Origin: Candidatus Poribacteria bacterium
GTDB taxonomy: Bacteria > Poribacteria > WGA-4E > WGA-3G
Assembly (NCBI GenBank): GCA_965215265.1
Contig: OZ244048.1
Location: 1,600,001 to 1,664,000, forward strand
DNA: 64,000 nucleotides
Reading direction: 5' to 3'
Part shown: positions 9,032-19,133 of the stretch, piece by piece
Layout: the number at the start of each line of letters is the position of its first letter
Numbering within the stretch: position 1 is the first letter of the stretch
Notes under the pieces: model-generated
What the model was told of the DNA's origin: nothing
Database searches by the model: none
Seen by the model: the letters and a program-made list of their open reading frames with translations, nothing else
Made by a program: the position numbers and the translations under genes

Positions 9032-10402
9032 TCAAACTAATAAAAGATAGGGATGCTGAATGGCCTCAGAAACCGTCTGAAGGAACTGCGCGGCGGGTGC
9101 CCCATCTACAATCCGGTGGTCGAACGTCAGGCTCAGTGTCAACATACTGCGAATAGCAATCTCATCGTTGTGGACAACCGGCTTTTTGAGAATCCGGCCG
9201 ATGCCGAGGATCGCACATTCCGGTGGATTGATAATAGGCGTGAACGCATCAACCCCAAAGTTACCAAGGTTCGTAATGGTAAAGGTGCCTCCCTGCAGTT
9301 CACCGGGGGTGAGTTGATTGTTTCTCGATTTTTCTACAAAAGTCTTTATCTGCTGAGAGATTTCGGATAGTCGTTGCCGGTCGGCGTTGGGTATGACCGG
9401 CACGAGCAAGCCGTCTTCAACGGCTACAGCAACCCCGATGTTAATTTCCGTTAAAAGTTGAATTCCATCATCAGTGAGCGTTGCGTTGAGTCGTGGATGC
9501 TCACGCAACGCACTTGCAACCACTTTTACCAGCAGCTCGGTATAGGTAAGGGTGATGTCTCCATCTTGTAGTTTGTGGTTAAGAAGGCTGCGTAATTCTA
9601 CGAATTCTGTCGCATCAACTTCGGTATGGAGTGTGACGTTCGCGTTCGTTTGCAGGCTCATCGTCATCCGTTCGGCGATAATTTCACGCATGCCGTGCAT
9701 CGGGATGACTCTCGCAGGTTCGGTTGGCACAGTTGGTTGTGGCAGGACGGGGGGTTCAACTGCAGCATCTTTTGCTCTGAGCACATCATCCCGGACAATT
9801 CTGCCATCAGGTCCTGAACCTATAATTTCACTGAGCTTGAGTCCATGCTCTTTTGCCAATCTGCGTGCCAAAGGTGATGCTTTCAGCCGCGTGGATTCAC
9901 TGAAGAACGGCTCCTGCAACTCTATGTAACGTTGCACATCGCTTTCAAGGATGCGGTTACCGGGTCCGGAGGCAGTGACATCTTCTAACTCAATAGAGAG
10001 TTTTTCTGCGAGTTGACGGGCAGCAGGTGATGCTTTCCTCCTGTCAGCCTGTGTCTTTTGGGACACTTGTGGAGGAAGAGAAGCAGTTTCCGGGGAAGCC
10101 TCAGGGACAGCGGGCGTTTCTATTTGAACAGCCTCCTCCATTTCAATGCGTGCGACAACTTCTCCCGGTGCTGCAATAATGGCTAATACAGCATTGACAG
10201 GCACCTCGCTCCCTTCCGCAGCGACGAGCTGCGCGATAACGCCATCCGCTGGAGATTCTTGCTCATGCACGACTTTATCCGTTTCAATTTCCAGCAACGG
10301 CTGCCCCTCTGTCACGGTGTCGCCTTCACTAACGAGCCATTTCCCGATTTTCCCTTTCGTCATCGTCTGATCCATCTGAAGCATTCGGAGTTCAACAGCC
10401 AT
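9032..10402 (-). CDS. Dihydrolipoamide acetyltransferase (2-oxoacid / acetoin dehydrogenase E2)
   Basis: Lipoyl domain EIETDKV, two PSBD copies (ASPAARQLA, ASPLARRLA), catalytic FDHRIVDGA. Confidence 0.95.
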   Translation of the reverse strand: MAVELRMLQMDQTMTKGKIGKWLVSEGDTVTEGQPLLEIETDKVVHEQESPADGVIAQLVAAEGSEVPVNAVLAIIAAPGEVVARIEMEEAVQIETPAVPEASPETASLPPQVSQKTQADRRKASPAARQLAEKLSIELEDVTASGPGNRILESDVQRYIELQEPFFSESTRLKASPLARRLAKEHGLKLSEIIGSGPDGRIVRDDVLRAKDAAVEPPVLPQPTVPTEPARVIPMHGMREIIAERMTMSLQTNANVTLHTEVDATEFVELRSLLNHKLQDGDITLTYTELLVKVVASALREHPRLNATLTDDGIQLLTEINIGVAVAVEDGLLVPVIPNADRQRLSEISQQIKTFVEKSRNNQLTPGELQGGTFTITNLGNFGVDAFTPIINPPECAILGIGRILKKPVVHNDEIAIRSMLTLSLTFDHRIVDGAPAAQFLQTVSEAIQHPYLLLV

Positions 10403-10441
10403 CTTTGTGATACGGGCTTGCAAGCTTCGCCCTAAATTCTC

Positions 10442-10777
10442 CTATTCTTTTTTTTTATGTTCATATTCTTCAATGCACTCTATCAGCAGCTCGACATTCT
10501 CATCTTTTTCGAGGATAAGCGCCAATTTGTGGTATTGCTCAGCCTTGAAAAATGCCCGTACAAATGGACTAAATGCAATCAGCAATTGGCAGCCCAAAAA
10601 GTTGAGTGGCTTGCCAGTCTCTAAGAAAAGAATGGCAGGCACCGTTAAGTTCCGTTTGACAATCCAGCGCGCCAATTTTTCCAAGAGGTTGCGCTGCTCA
10701 GATTCAGAGATATCTTCAAGGATACGTGGAATTTCCGGAGGTGTATTGAACATCAATATGTTTGCCGTAAATAACAT
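10442..10777 (-). CDS. Hypothetical protein
   Basis: 111-aa ORF (PAILFLETGKPLNFLG) co-oriented with and directly upstream of E2. Confidence 0.7.
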   Translation of the reverse strand: MLFTANILMFNTPPEIPRILEDISESEQRNLLEKLARWIVKRNLTVPAILFLETGKPLNFLGCQLLIAFSPFVRAFFKAEQYHKLALILEKDENVELLIECIEEYEHKKKE

Positions 10778-10801
10778 TGAGATAGCCCGGTAATCGTTCA
10801 G

Positions 10802-10890
10802 TTTTTTGTATCTCTCCGTACCATCAACGTCTATGTAATGATAGCTCGTGTGTAAATCTCGTCGGAGCCGTTCGATGTTTTGACTCTAAA
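10802..10890 (-). repeat. Family A repeat, half-element
   Basis: TTTTTTGTATCTCTCCGTACCATCAACG...GTAAATCTCGTCGGAGCCGTTCGATG. Confidence 0.95.
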
Positions 10891-10959
10891 TATCACCGTC
10901 CTCCCAGCTGCTCAAGAGTCCTCATCAACCCGTGTAAAACCGATCAAGTTAATAGGGTA

Positions 10960-12000
10960 TTAGAGCGACAAATCGCTGAGGTAATCGTTTATCAGCTTGG
11001 GTTGTCCGTCAAGCGTAGTCTCCATAGCAGCGATTACAAGGACGAAGCTCTTAATATTATCCTCAATCCGTGTATCAGAAGGTTCTCCTCCATCAAGCCA
11101 TTTCAGAAATTCATCAAACAGGTGCTGATGTGCATGATAAGGTATGGCGGGTGCCTCGTAGACTTCAGTTTGGCTGCCGGCGCGGTGGAGAGTCATCTGG
11201 TTTCCGCCGGCGATTTCAACTGCCCCTTCTTCAAATTCAGCGCGGTAGTGTTCCTGATTCCAGCAGTTGATGATGCCTGCGGAAGAGCTGTTCCCCTCAT
11301 AAGAGGTATGGACACCGTTATCCATCCGCATAACATAGAAACCGCTGGAGTAGTGTTGAAAGCTGGACCATTCTGGATTCCACCCGAACCCAATGAGCGT
11401 TTCACAATCGCCTCCGGAGAGGAAACGCAACATGTCCAAGTGATGAACGGAACCTTCAAAGAGCAGTCCAAAATCCATATCGTGTCGCCATGCTTTCCCC
11501 CAGGAGAGGTAGCGGCGATAATCGCAGGCGTAACGTCCGACAATATGCTGGAGTCGTCCGAGTCGTCCTTCATCTCGAATGCGAATCAGTTCCTGTTTAT
11601 TATCTGCATAACGATAATTTTGGATGATAGCACAGGGCAGTCCGGTTTTTTGTGCGGTGCGCACCATTGCCTTGGCGGCCTCCAGCGTGTCCGCAATCGG
11701 CTTTTCACAGATAACCGGCATTCCATTTTCCATCGCTGCAATGGCAGCCGGGCTGTGGAATTGCGGTGGCACAGCGATGCCACAGAAGTCTGCTTTTACG
11801 GTTGCACACGCCTCGTTAAAGTCTGTGAACAGTTGTGACTTGCTCAGTCCTAACGCTTCTCCTTGGGTTGACAACACGTCTGTATTCACATCCGCCAACC
11901 CGATAATTCTGATCCGGTCGCTGAAATTCTGCGTAAAATTTGCTATCCAGCCACCCGCCATACCGCTACCACCAATCATCAAACATGTTTTCTTTGCCAT
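10960..12000 (-). CDS. Gfo/Idh/MocA family oxidoreductase
   Basis: GGSGMAG, ICEKPIA, EGSVHHLD motifs; AGGAG RBS before ATG 12000. Confidence 0.92.
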   Translation of the reverse strand: MAKKTCLMIGGSGMAGGWIANFTQNFSDRIRIIGLADVNTDVLSTQGEALGLSKSQLFTDFNEACATVKADFCGIAVPPQFHSPAAIAAMENGMPVICEKPIADTLEAAKAMVRTAQKTGLPCAIIQNYRYADNKQELIRIRDEGRLGRLQHIVGRYACDYRRYLSWGKAWRHDMDFGLLFEGSVHHLDMLRFLSGGDCETLIGFGWNPEWSSFQHYSSGFYVMRMDNGVHTSYEGNSSSAGIINCWNQEHYRAEFEEGAVEIAGGNQMTLHRAGSQTEVYEAPAIPYHAHQHLFDEFLKWLDGGEPSDTRIEDNIKSFVLVIAAMETTLDGQPKLINDYLSDLSL

Positions 12001-12028
12001 AGTTTCTCCTATAAAAAGTATATTCGTA

Positions 12029-12379
12029 TTTTTTGTATATCTCCGTACCATCACCGCGTATGTAATGATCACTCGTGTGTAAATTTCGCCAGTGGCAGGA
12101 TAGGTAATCTTTTCTCATGGACAGAAAAAGAATACCTTTTACCTGCCACCCACTGGGAGCCATTCTAGGTTATGATTCTTCAATCACTTTCGTCAAGCAG
12201 CCAGATGCCACTAATCGATTCTGGATCTATTAGTGCAGCACCACAACGCCTGATGTGATGTTAACCCGTAAACAAAACTCGTCGCCCGCCCACCCAAATC
12301 CTTTGATGTTTAGAATCAATACATAAGAAACCTCTGGTTGGATCAAAAGGTGCCTACAATGGGCTCCTATCCTATAAAA
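12029..12379. repeat. Composite repeat: family A left arm with nested B (12091-12157), C motif and degenerate right arm
   Basis: The A sequence is interrupted at AAATTTCGCC by GTGGCAGGATAGGT...CCTGCCACCCACTGG and resumes GAGCCATTCTAGG; a GGGCTCCTAT end lies at 12361-12379. Confidence 0.85.
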
Positions 12380-12890
12380 TTGAACGTGCATTTCGCATCA
12401 GCTTGCTGCGCAAAATGTAATCGTCTTTTCCGCGTCTAACCCGTTCCAGTTCATCCTCAGTAACATCACGTCGAACTTTCGCCGGAACTCCCATTGCTAC
12501 GGTGCCGGGTGGAATTTCTTGTCCTTCGCGCACAAGCGTTCCAGCTGCAACGACTGCGCGCTCGCCAATCGTAGCACCTGTTAGCAGGATCGCCCCCATG
12601 CCGATAAGGGCTTCGTTGCCGATCTTGCAACTGTGGAGTATAGCACCGTGCCCAATGGTAACATCATCGCCGATAACACACGGAAGCTCCTTATCCATGT
12701 GAACAACAGTTCCATCTTGAATATTAGTACGACATCCAATGCAGATGGGTTCTAAATCACCTCTGAGGACGGTGTTAAACCAGATGCTTGATTGAGAGCC
12801 AATCGTTACCTTCCCAATAATCATCGCCCCTGGGGCGATAAAAACTGAGTGATGAACGTCTGGCGTTTTTCCTTCATATTCTATCAACAT
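12372..12890 (-). CDS. Gamma carbonic anhydrase family hexapeptide-repeat protein
   Basis: IWFNTVLRGD, TNIQDGTVVH, TIGHGAILH. Confidence 0.93.
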   Translation of the reverse strand: MLIEYEGKTPDVHHSVFIAPGAMIIGKVTIGSQSSIWFNTVLRGDLEPICIGCRTNIQDGTVVHMDKELPCVIGDDVTIGHGAILHSCKIGNEALIGMGAILLTGATIGERAVVAAGTLVREGQEIPPGTVAMGVPAKVRRDVTEDELERVRRGKDDYILRSKLMRNARSIL

Positions 12891-12935
12891 ATTTTTGGTC
12901 TTGCATTTTCTTTCATTGTTATTTTGGCGTATCCG

Positions 12936-13024
12936 TTTTTTCGTATATCTCCGTACGATCAACGCTTGTGTAATAATAACTCGTGTGTAAATCTCGTCAG
13001 ACCCGCTCTAGGTATAGTCTTTAA
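12936..13024 (-). repeat. Family A repeat, half-element
   Basis: TTTTTTCGTATATCTCCGTACGATCAACG...GTAAATCTCGTCAGA. Confidence 0.92.
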
Positions 13025-13088
13025 AAATCAAACAGCTTAGGTTTACAAGTTGTGCGTTCAAGCTGTCTACGGAGAGCAAGCGTCGCCT

Positions 13089-14780
13089 CTAAGATTGGGC
13101 GGCCAAGAGTTTCCGTAGATTCCGTATACCTATTTTGTAAAACAGAGCGAGTCCTCCAGCGATGCACACACTCACTACTCCAAGCCAAGCAACTTCTCCA
13201 ATGTGCAAAGTTATCATCGGCCCGCTTATCAGCACCAGATCTGCGAGAATCGTGAGCATGAAAGTTAAAGCACGTAATAGTGGCTGGGATCTAGCACGGA
13301 AATTCAATTCTGCCATCCAGGGCAGCGTGCCAATGGCGGTGTTCAAAGCACAAACCGCCGATAGGCTTAAAACAGGCGTTAATAGGAACGGTAGCCAGGC
13401 ATTTACCGGAATTTGGAGTAGATTCAAAGCAATTAGCGTCCAAAATTCAGTGTAAATGAACGCACAGAGCAACCCTGTCAGGAATTTACTCGTGTACGCC
13501 AATTCAGGTGTAACTGGAGTCACTTTCAACATCCACCAGGTTTTTGCCTCATCGTAAAACCCGCGGCAACTCAACCTGAAAGTGATGAGGATACTGTAAA
13601 TCATTATCTGCACACTAAGCGTGAGGGCATCGTTCACATCTTCAACGCTGCCTCGCGCAAGTAAGACACCGATATGGACTATTAAAAAGAGCGTCAGCAT
13701 AACGATGCCGATTATTCCGCCCCTATGCCTAATGAAAACCGTAAAGTCTTTTAACATCATTGCTCGTACGCGTTGAAGGAAAGTTCCACGCGCGAATGAA
13801 AAAAGCCCGGTAGTACGGGTAACACGTTTCACTGTGCGATGCCACACGCGCTTTGATTGCAAGCACAAGATATTTTCCCAGCCTTTTGGATAAATCTTTA
13901 TCGCTAGGAGCACTGTGAGACAAACAGACATGAAACTGCCGGCAATAAGAAGAGCCCCGTACTGCATCCGTGCACCTGCCGATTCATCTATCCAACTGAA
14001 CATCAGTCGCCCGAGCCATTGATGCGGATACCATGCAGTCCCTAACAGTTCTGCCTCTACGCCTACATTTCTGGTCGAAGCCCACTTCAAAAAGAACTGC
14101 TTTATCTGCAGTAGGTCGAATCCAACTTCGAAGTTGGGCACTAAAAGCATGAATCCCACTAAGAATCCGACGGCTACGCTTACTGCAGTAGCGAGCATCT
14201 TGAGTGTAGAAAGCAGCTGGCCGGATGAAAAGAATCGTGCTATCACCATCATGCAGATCGTCACATAACTCGCAATCAGAAGGAGTAAGCAAAAGCATGC
14301 CGGAACCAGCGTCACGTAAAAATGCCACGGGAGTTCGAATATTTGCCCGAGTGCGACCCACGGAGGTCCCAACAAGCAGAGCAGAGTCAGGAAACGGGTT
14401 CCAGTCATCTGAACGAACTTAACTCCGAAAATCACGACCTGCGGTATCGGTAGGGAACGTAATAGGACACTGTCTGCGGCTTCATAAAGCACATTCAGAG
14501 AAGTCTCCATCAACTCTTTGGCAACGATGACAGATCCAAATAGTATAAACCCGTTAATCACAGTGAACACTAGGGCAGGTGGGGCTTCGTCCATGCGTAA
14601 GGATGCGAAAATTTCGTTTCCTAACACCGATAGCACAAGGATGAAAATCAGGTAACCGATTGCCTTCAGAAAGTATTTACGCTGTGGTTGATGTTTAAGT
14701 TCATTTAGCCATCCTTGCCAACTTGCCTTGAGTAAAATTTTTGTTTGGTCAATTTTTGTATCTCTCCGTACCGTCATCAC
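13089..14780 (-). CDS. ABC exporter permease (multi-pass membrane protein)
   Basis: About 12 or more hydrophobic segments, LRSLPIP and MMLKDF motifs, adjacent to an ABC ATPase; the start codon lies within a family A repeat. Confidence 0.8.
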   Translation of the reverse strand: MMTVRRDTKIDQTKILLKASWQGWLNELKHQPQRKYFLKAIGYLIFILVLSVLGNEIFASLRMDEAPPALVFTVINGFILFGSVIVAKELMETSLNVLYEAADSVLLRSLPIPQVVIFGVKFVQMTGTRFLTLLCLLGPPWVALGQIFELPWHFYVTLVPACFCLLLLIASYVTICMMVIARFFSSGQLLSTLKMLATAVSVAVGFLVGFMLLVPNFEVGFDLLQIKQFFLKWASTRNVGVEAELLGTAWYPHQWLGRLMFSWIDESAGARMQYGALLIAGSFMSVCLTVLLAIKIYPKGWENILCLQSKRVWHRTVKRVTRTTGLFSFARGTFLQRVRAMMLKDFTVFIRHRGGIIGIVMLTLFLIVHIGVLLARGSVEDVNDALTLSVQIMIYSILITFRLSCRGFYDEAKTWWMLKVTPVTPELAYTSKFLTGLLCAFIYTEFWTLIALNLLQIPVNAWLPFLLTPVLSLSAVCALNTAIGTLPWMAELNFRARSQPLLRALTFMLTILADLVLISGPMITLHIGEVAWLGVVSVCIAGGLALFYKIGIRNLRKLLAAQS

Positions 14781-14967
14781 TTATGTCGCGATGTCTTATA
14801 TGTAAATCTCGTTTTTTCGTATCTCTCCGTACCATCAATGTCTATGTAATGATAGCTCGTGTGTAAATCTCGTTTTTTCGTATCTCTCCGTACCATCAAC
14901 GTCTATGTAATGATAGCTCGTGTGTAAATCTCGTCAGAACCGTTTGATGTATTGTATTGACTCTAAA
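14753..14967 (-). repeat. Three tandem family A units (about 59, 61 and 95 bp)
   Basis: Units begin at 14753, 14812 and 14873; the first two break exactly at AAATCTCG|TTTTTT. Confidence 0.95.
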
Positions 14968-14992
14968 CATCACCTTAAGCAGATGCGTCCTT

Positions 14993-15775
14993 TCATGCAT
15001 GACTACCTGGATGCTCTGTCAGATCAAAGAAGATATCCTCAAGTGTAGATATCTGTTCACGAGTGTCTGAGGCATGAATTCTACAAGCCTGTTTCTGCCG
15101 CAGTTCAGTTAAGGTTCCCAGGGCAATGAGTTTTCCTTGACTAATAATTCCGACGCGATTGCAGAGGCGTTCAGCGATGTCGAGAATGTGCGTTGTTAGA
15201 AACACAGTGCATCCTTCTTCACACTGTTCGCGTAGGATTTCACGAACAATGCGTGCACTTCTCGGATCCAGTCCACTTGTCGGTTCATCAAGGAAAAGGA
15301 TACGCGGGTGATGTACCAGGACTGAAATCAAGAGAATCTTCTTCTGCATCCCGTACGAATACCCTTTAATTAAATCATCTGCTGCATCGGTGAGTTCGAA
15401 TTGTTCAAGCAATTGCTCCATCTCATTTTCAGCTTGATGCGGTCCTATCTTATACAGATCGGCAATAAGTCGGACGAATTGCCTGCCCGTTAGGGCTTCA
15501 TAGAGTTGCGGTGTATCGGGCATGAGCCCTACAATTGATTTCGCTTGTAAGCTCTGGGTTTGAATATCATAGCCACCGAGTACTGCGGCACCAGATGTTG
15601 GGCGGAGGAGTCCTGTTAACATATTGATTGTGGTTGTTTTCCCTGCACCATTTGGACCGAGGAATCCGAAGATTTCGCCGGGGTCAACCTGCAGTGTCAA
15701 ACTATCCACAGCACACAATTTACCGAAGTACTTCGTGAGGTTGATTGTTTGAATCATCGGTTTTCCGTTCAGCAT
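14993..15775 (-). CDS. ABC transporter ATP-binding protein
   Basis: GPNGAGKTT, YSYGMQKK, LFLDEPTSGLD. Confidence 0.95.
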   Translation of the reverse strand: MLNGKPMIQTINLTKYFGKLCAVDSLTLQVDPGEIFGFLGPNGAGKTTTINMLTGLLRPTSGAAVLGGYDIQTQSLQAKSIVGLMPDTPQLYEALTGRQFVRLIADLYKIGPHQAENEMEQLLEQFELTDAADDLIKGYSYGMQKKILLISVLVHHPRILFLDEPTSGLDPRSARIVREILREQCEEGCTVFLTTHILDIAERLCNRVGIISQGKLIALGTLTELRQKQACRIHASDTREQISTLEDIFFDLTEHPGSHA

Positions 15776-15786
15776 ACCGCAAAACC

Positions 15787-16524
15787 CTAGTTTCCCAAGA
15801 TATCTTTTTTGAGTTCTGCAAGTGCGTCATCTAGATTTTTCGTATCCTGAGTTTTCGGTTTTTCGGTTTTATGCAAGGCTGTGTCTTGCTCGGGGTTCTG
15901 TTTTTCGGCTTTGCATCGGCAATCCGCGGATCTTGATATTTCATTCATATATTCTGCCGTTTCAGCTCTCGCTTCCAACTTTTCCACTATCTGCTCCATT
16001 TTCTCCAAAACGGTACTTGCGTTCTCTTTGCTGAATCCGGACAACACGTCATAAAATCGCGTCCGTGTATCTGCTTGTTTTTGACGGTAGTCGAGAGATT
16101 CTGCCCGGTCTACCATGCTTTGGAATTCGTGATAAAATTCGCGGAGTGCCATTTTGAGCTGTTCTACTGTCTCTGTATGTGCTGCGATTCGTTGCTGTAG
16201 GCGAGTTGCGCGGTTTTGACATATTCGCTTTTGCCGTAATGCCCTATGTGCTGCCTCAAGTTTTCCCTGTCGGAAAGCTATATCTGTCTTTTCTCGCCAT
16301 TCGCGTTCAGCCACCAGTGCATTTTGATAGTTTCTTTTTAGTTCTTCTTCTTTCGCCATTGCGCTGGCAGCGAGGTCTTTTGCAACGGAAAGCCGCTTTT
16401 TCATATTAACGAGAGTTTCATCCAAAACAGATAAAGACCCGTCCTGTGCTGCCAAAAACTTATCTATGTTTTCTTGCAATCTTTCTGCCACTTTCCGAAG
16501 TCGTTTCATTTTGATATTCTCCAT
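15787..16524 (-). CDS. PspA/IM30 family coiled-coil protein
   Basis: Long coiled coil with W..K...A...G.LEAA..AL..K pattern and C-terminal LDDALAELK. Confidence 0.75.
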   Translation of the reverse strand: MENIKMKRLRKVAERLQENIDKFLAAQDGSLSVLDETLVNMKKRLSVAKDLAASAMAKEEELKRNYQNALVAEREWREKTDIAFRQGKLEAAHRALRQKRICQNRATRLQQRIAAHTETVEQLKMALREFYHEFQSMVDRAESLDYRQKQADTRTRFYDVLSGFSKENASTVLEKMEQIVEKLEARAETAEYMNEISRSADCRCKAEKQNPEQDTALHKTEKPKTQDTKNLDDALAELKKDILGN

Positions 16525-16551
16525 ATTTTTATTTTAGATAATTTTCCGAAT

Positions 16552-16586
16552 AAGAATTCACCCCGCCCTGCGGGGAGAAAGTTCTT
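16552..16586. repeat. Family D short palindrome (divergent copy)
   Basis: AAGAATTCACCCCGC-CCT-GCGGGGAGAAAGTTCTT. Confidence 0.55.
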
Positions 16587-16929
16587 AACGGCGGTTTCAT
16601 TTTGAGGATCCTTGTATTTTTATTATACCGAATTTTCGAATTAGAATCAAGCGGATTTCAAGTTTCTGCAATCGGTTCGGTACACATGCAGCGGTTATGA
16701 CGGAATTATAGCAGTGTACCGATAATTTATTCAAATTTAGGGAGGCTGTGGATATATTTGGGCAAATTTCCCCTTGACTCGATTAAATTTTTCGTGTAGA
16801 ATTTAAAGAGTAGTTCTTCTGTAGTTGCCTGACTTCAAAACCGTTGTATTCGGCAACAACAGAAAATGTTATGTGACGGAAAGATTTACCGCTGTATAGC
16901 GACTTGTGCCTTAGCACCGCGCGGGAAAC

Positions 16930-18732
16930 TTGATGAAAATTCTGAATCTGAATCGAAAGCTCAGAAGTGCGAGGCGCCTCCCTGAGATTCTCAGTGTTTT
17001 CGCGAGACACGGTTTCGGCCATATTATCTCGCAAATTTTGAACCGAGGACGGACAACCCGTTTCAGCCTGACAAGGGGGCTGGCACGGAAAGTAAAGGAA
17101 GACATCGATCCTTACGAACGGAAGTGGTGGGATTTTAGGCGTAGCAAAAAAGCCGCATCGGATGCATCGAGCGGTGCCGGTACTTCGGGGCTATTATCGG
17201 TTCCAGAACGGATGCGACTGGCATTTGAAGAGTTAGGGCCGACCTTTGTTAAATTGGGGCAGATCCTTAGCACACGAGTAGATCTACTCTCTGAAATTGT
17301 TGGTCAGGAAGAGGCGTTGGAGTGGATTACCGAACTCAGGAAGTTGCAACAGCACACTCAGCCTTTCCCGTTTTCAGCCGTACGCAAGACGATTGAACAA
17401 GAATTCCAAAAACCACTTGAGGAGGTGTTTCTGACATTTGAGAAGCAGCCCTTCGCAGCAGCTTCTATCGCTCAAGTTCACTATGCGACGTTGTCTTCAC
17501 AATACGGGCAGGAACCTGTCGTGGTAAAAGTTCAACGGCCTCGTGTGGCTTCGCTCATTCAGACAGATCTCAACCTGTTGATGGAATTAGCTGAAAGGCT
17601 TGAGAGACACAGTCCAGAGAGCCATCTTTTCAAACCAACAGAATTGGTGCGTGAATTCTCACGTTCTCTTCGGAAAGAAATTGATTTTACGATGGAAGCC
17701 GCCAATACGGATACTTTCTACCACACCTTTGCAACATCAAAGCAGGTGAAGATTCCTAAAGTCTATTGGGAATTTACGAATCGCCGTGTTTTGACATTGG
17801 AACGGATTGACGGCATCTCCATCGACGAAATCGAGCAATTAGAGGAGCAGGGATTCGATCGGGCTCAACTTGCTGAAACAGTTGTCGAACTGTTTTATGC
17901 ACAGGTGCTCAATAATGGACTCTTCCACGCTGACCCGCATCCGGGGAACGTCTTTGTCTTAGAAGATGGACGGATTGGATTGGTGGATTTTGGCATGGTC
18001 GGTAGAATAAGTGGTGACATGTCCCGGCATATTTGTACCTGGTTTGGTGCAGTGTTAACTCGTGATGTAGATACTGTTGTTAGATGTTACATCCGGATGG
18101 GCATTCTCGACGATGAAACAGACGTTGCCTCGTTGAAATTAGAGATGAACGATTTTCTGGAACGCTACCTCAACATGCCTGCAGACCGGCACCGCATTGG
18201 CGACATGATTCATGAAGTTTTTCATGCATCTTTACGCCATCAAATTCATGTACCACCAGCGTTTCTCATGTTGAGCAAAACCGTTGCAACCGTTGAATCC
18301 GTTGTCATGAAACTCGCTCCCAATTTCAATATTGTGAAATTCAGTCAACCGTACGTCGCGCAGTTTCTATTCCAAAATTGGAGTAGTGACCGGTGGGCGC
18401 GGCAGTTCTCGGATTCAGTGGAAGATTTCACGGAGTTGGCACGCGATATGCCGCTCCAACTTCATCAAATCCTGCAAAAATTACAGCGCGGGACGCTCAA
18501 ATTTGGTCTGGATCTTCTCAGTTTAGAAGTGGTGCTTAAGGCTTTCGACCGGGGTATCAATCGCATCGCGTTCAGTTTGATTATCGCTTCACTCATTATC
18601 GGTTCATCGTTTATCCTACAAAATGTGACACTTTGGGAGTGGAAATTTTTCCTCGGAATTATGGGTTATGTGACAGCGACGTTCTTTGGATTCGGGTTAG
18701 TAATTTCGATTTTACGTTCGGGACGATTTTAG
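16930..18732 (+). CDS. AarF/UbiB (ABC1) family protein kinase-like protein
   Basis: LGPTFVKLGQ, AAASIAQVH, VVKVQRP, FHADPHPGN, VDFGMVG, C-terminal TM helices. Confidence 0.95.
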   Translation: MMKILNLNRKLRSARRLPEILSVFARHGFGHIISQILNRGRTTRFSLTRGLARKVKEDIDPYERKWWDFRRSKKAASDASSGAGTSGLLSVPERMRLAFEELGPTFVKLGQILSTRVDLLSEIVGQEEALEWITELRKLQQHTQPFPFSAVRKTIEQEFQKPLEEVFLTFEKQPFAAASIAQVHYATLSSQYGQEPVVVKVQRPRVASLIQTDLNLLMELAERLERHSPESHLFKPTELVREFSRSLRKEIDFTMEAANTDTFYHTFATSKQVKIPKVYWEFTNRRVLTLERIDGISIDEIEQLEEQGFDRAQLAETVVELFYAQVLNNGLFHADPHPGNVFVLEDGRIGLVDFGMVGRISGDMSRHICTWFGAVLTRDVDTVVRCYIRMGILDDETDVASLKLEMNDFLERYLNMPADRHRIGDMIHEVFHASLRHQIHVPPAFLMLSKTVATVESVVMKLAPNFNIVKFSQPYVAQFLFQNWSSDRWARQFSDSVEDFTELARDMPLQLHQILQKLQRGTLKFGLDLLSLEVVLKAFDRGINRIAFSLIIASLIIGSSFILQNVTLWEWKFFLGIMGYVTATFFGFGLVISILRSGRF

Positions 18733-18772
18733 GATTTTTTGTATTGGTGTTAGATTGAGAATTGCCTGATTT

Positions 18773-18836
18773 TGGCAGGATAGGTATTCTTTGTCTGTCC
18801 ATGAGACAAGAAACCTTTTCCTGCCAATCTATAGAT
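18773..18836. repeat. Family B palindrome
   Basis: TGGCAGGATAGGTATTCTTTGTCTGTCCATGAGACAAGAAACCTTTTCCTGCCA. Confidence 0.9.
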
Positions 18837-18989
18837 CTGATAGAATTATGCCGTGTTAAATAGTGCAGTCAACCATGTACTGCAATTCACGTCCGTTCGC
18901 GGACTGTAGTTTTTAATGCTACGCCAATCAATACGGAATCGTTTTCTCAATAGATACATCACGCCATTGTTAGGTAAAAACAAAAAAAA

Positions 18990-19126
18990 GTGGCAGGTTC
19001 GGTATTCTTGTCTCTCCTGCAAGGAGAGACAAAGTGGCGAGATAGGTATTCTTTCTCTGTCCATGAGAGAAGATAACCTTTTACTCGCCACCCACTGGGA
19101 TAACCTTTTCCTGCCACCCACTGGGG
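18990..19126. repeat. Family B element nested within another family B element
   Basis: Outer GTGGCAGG...GGAGAGACAA is interrupted by GTGGCGAG...CTCGCCACCCACTGG and resumes GATAACCTTTTCCTGCCACCCACTGGG. Confidence 0.88.
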
Positions 19127-19133
19127 ATCTATT

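Noticed and set aside
11002-11838. 278-aa ORF and the many other antisense or overlapping ORFs in the track
   Set aside because: They shadow well-supported genes on the opposite strand or frame and have no recognisable motifs
12936-12948. Resemblance of the TTCGTATA terminus to a loxP arm
   Set aside because: Only 8 bp match, there is no paired arm across an 8-bp spacer, and no recombinase; likely chance
14753-14967. CRISPR-like array (period about 61 bp)
   Set aside because: The would-be spacers are homologous to one another and to dispersed copies, there are only three units, and there are no cas genes
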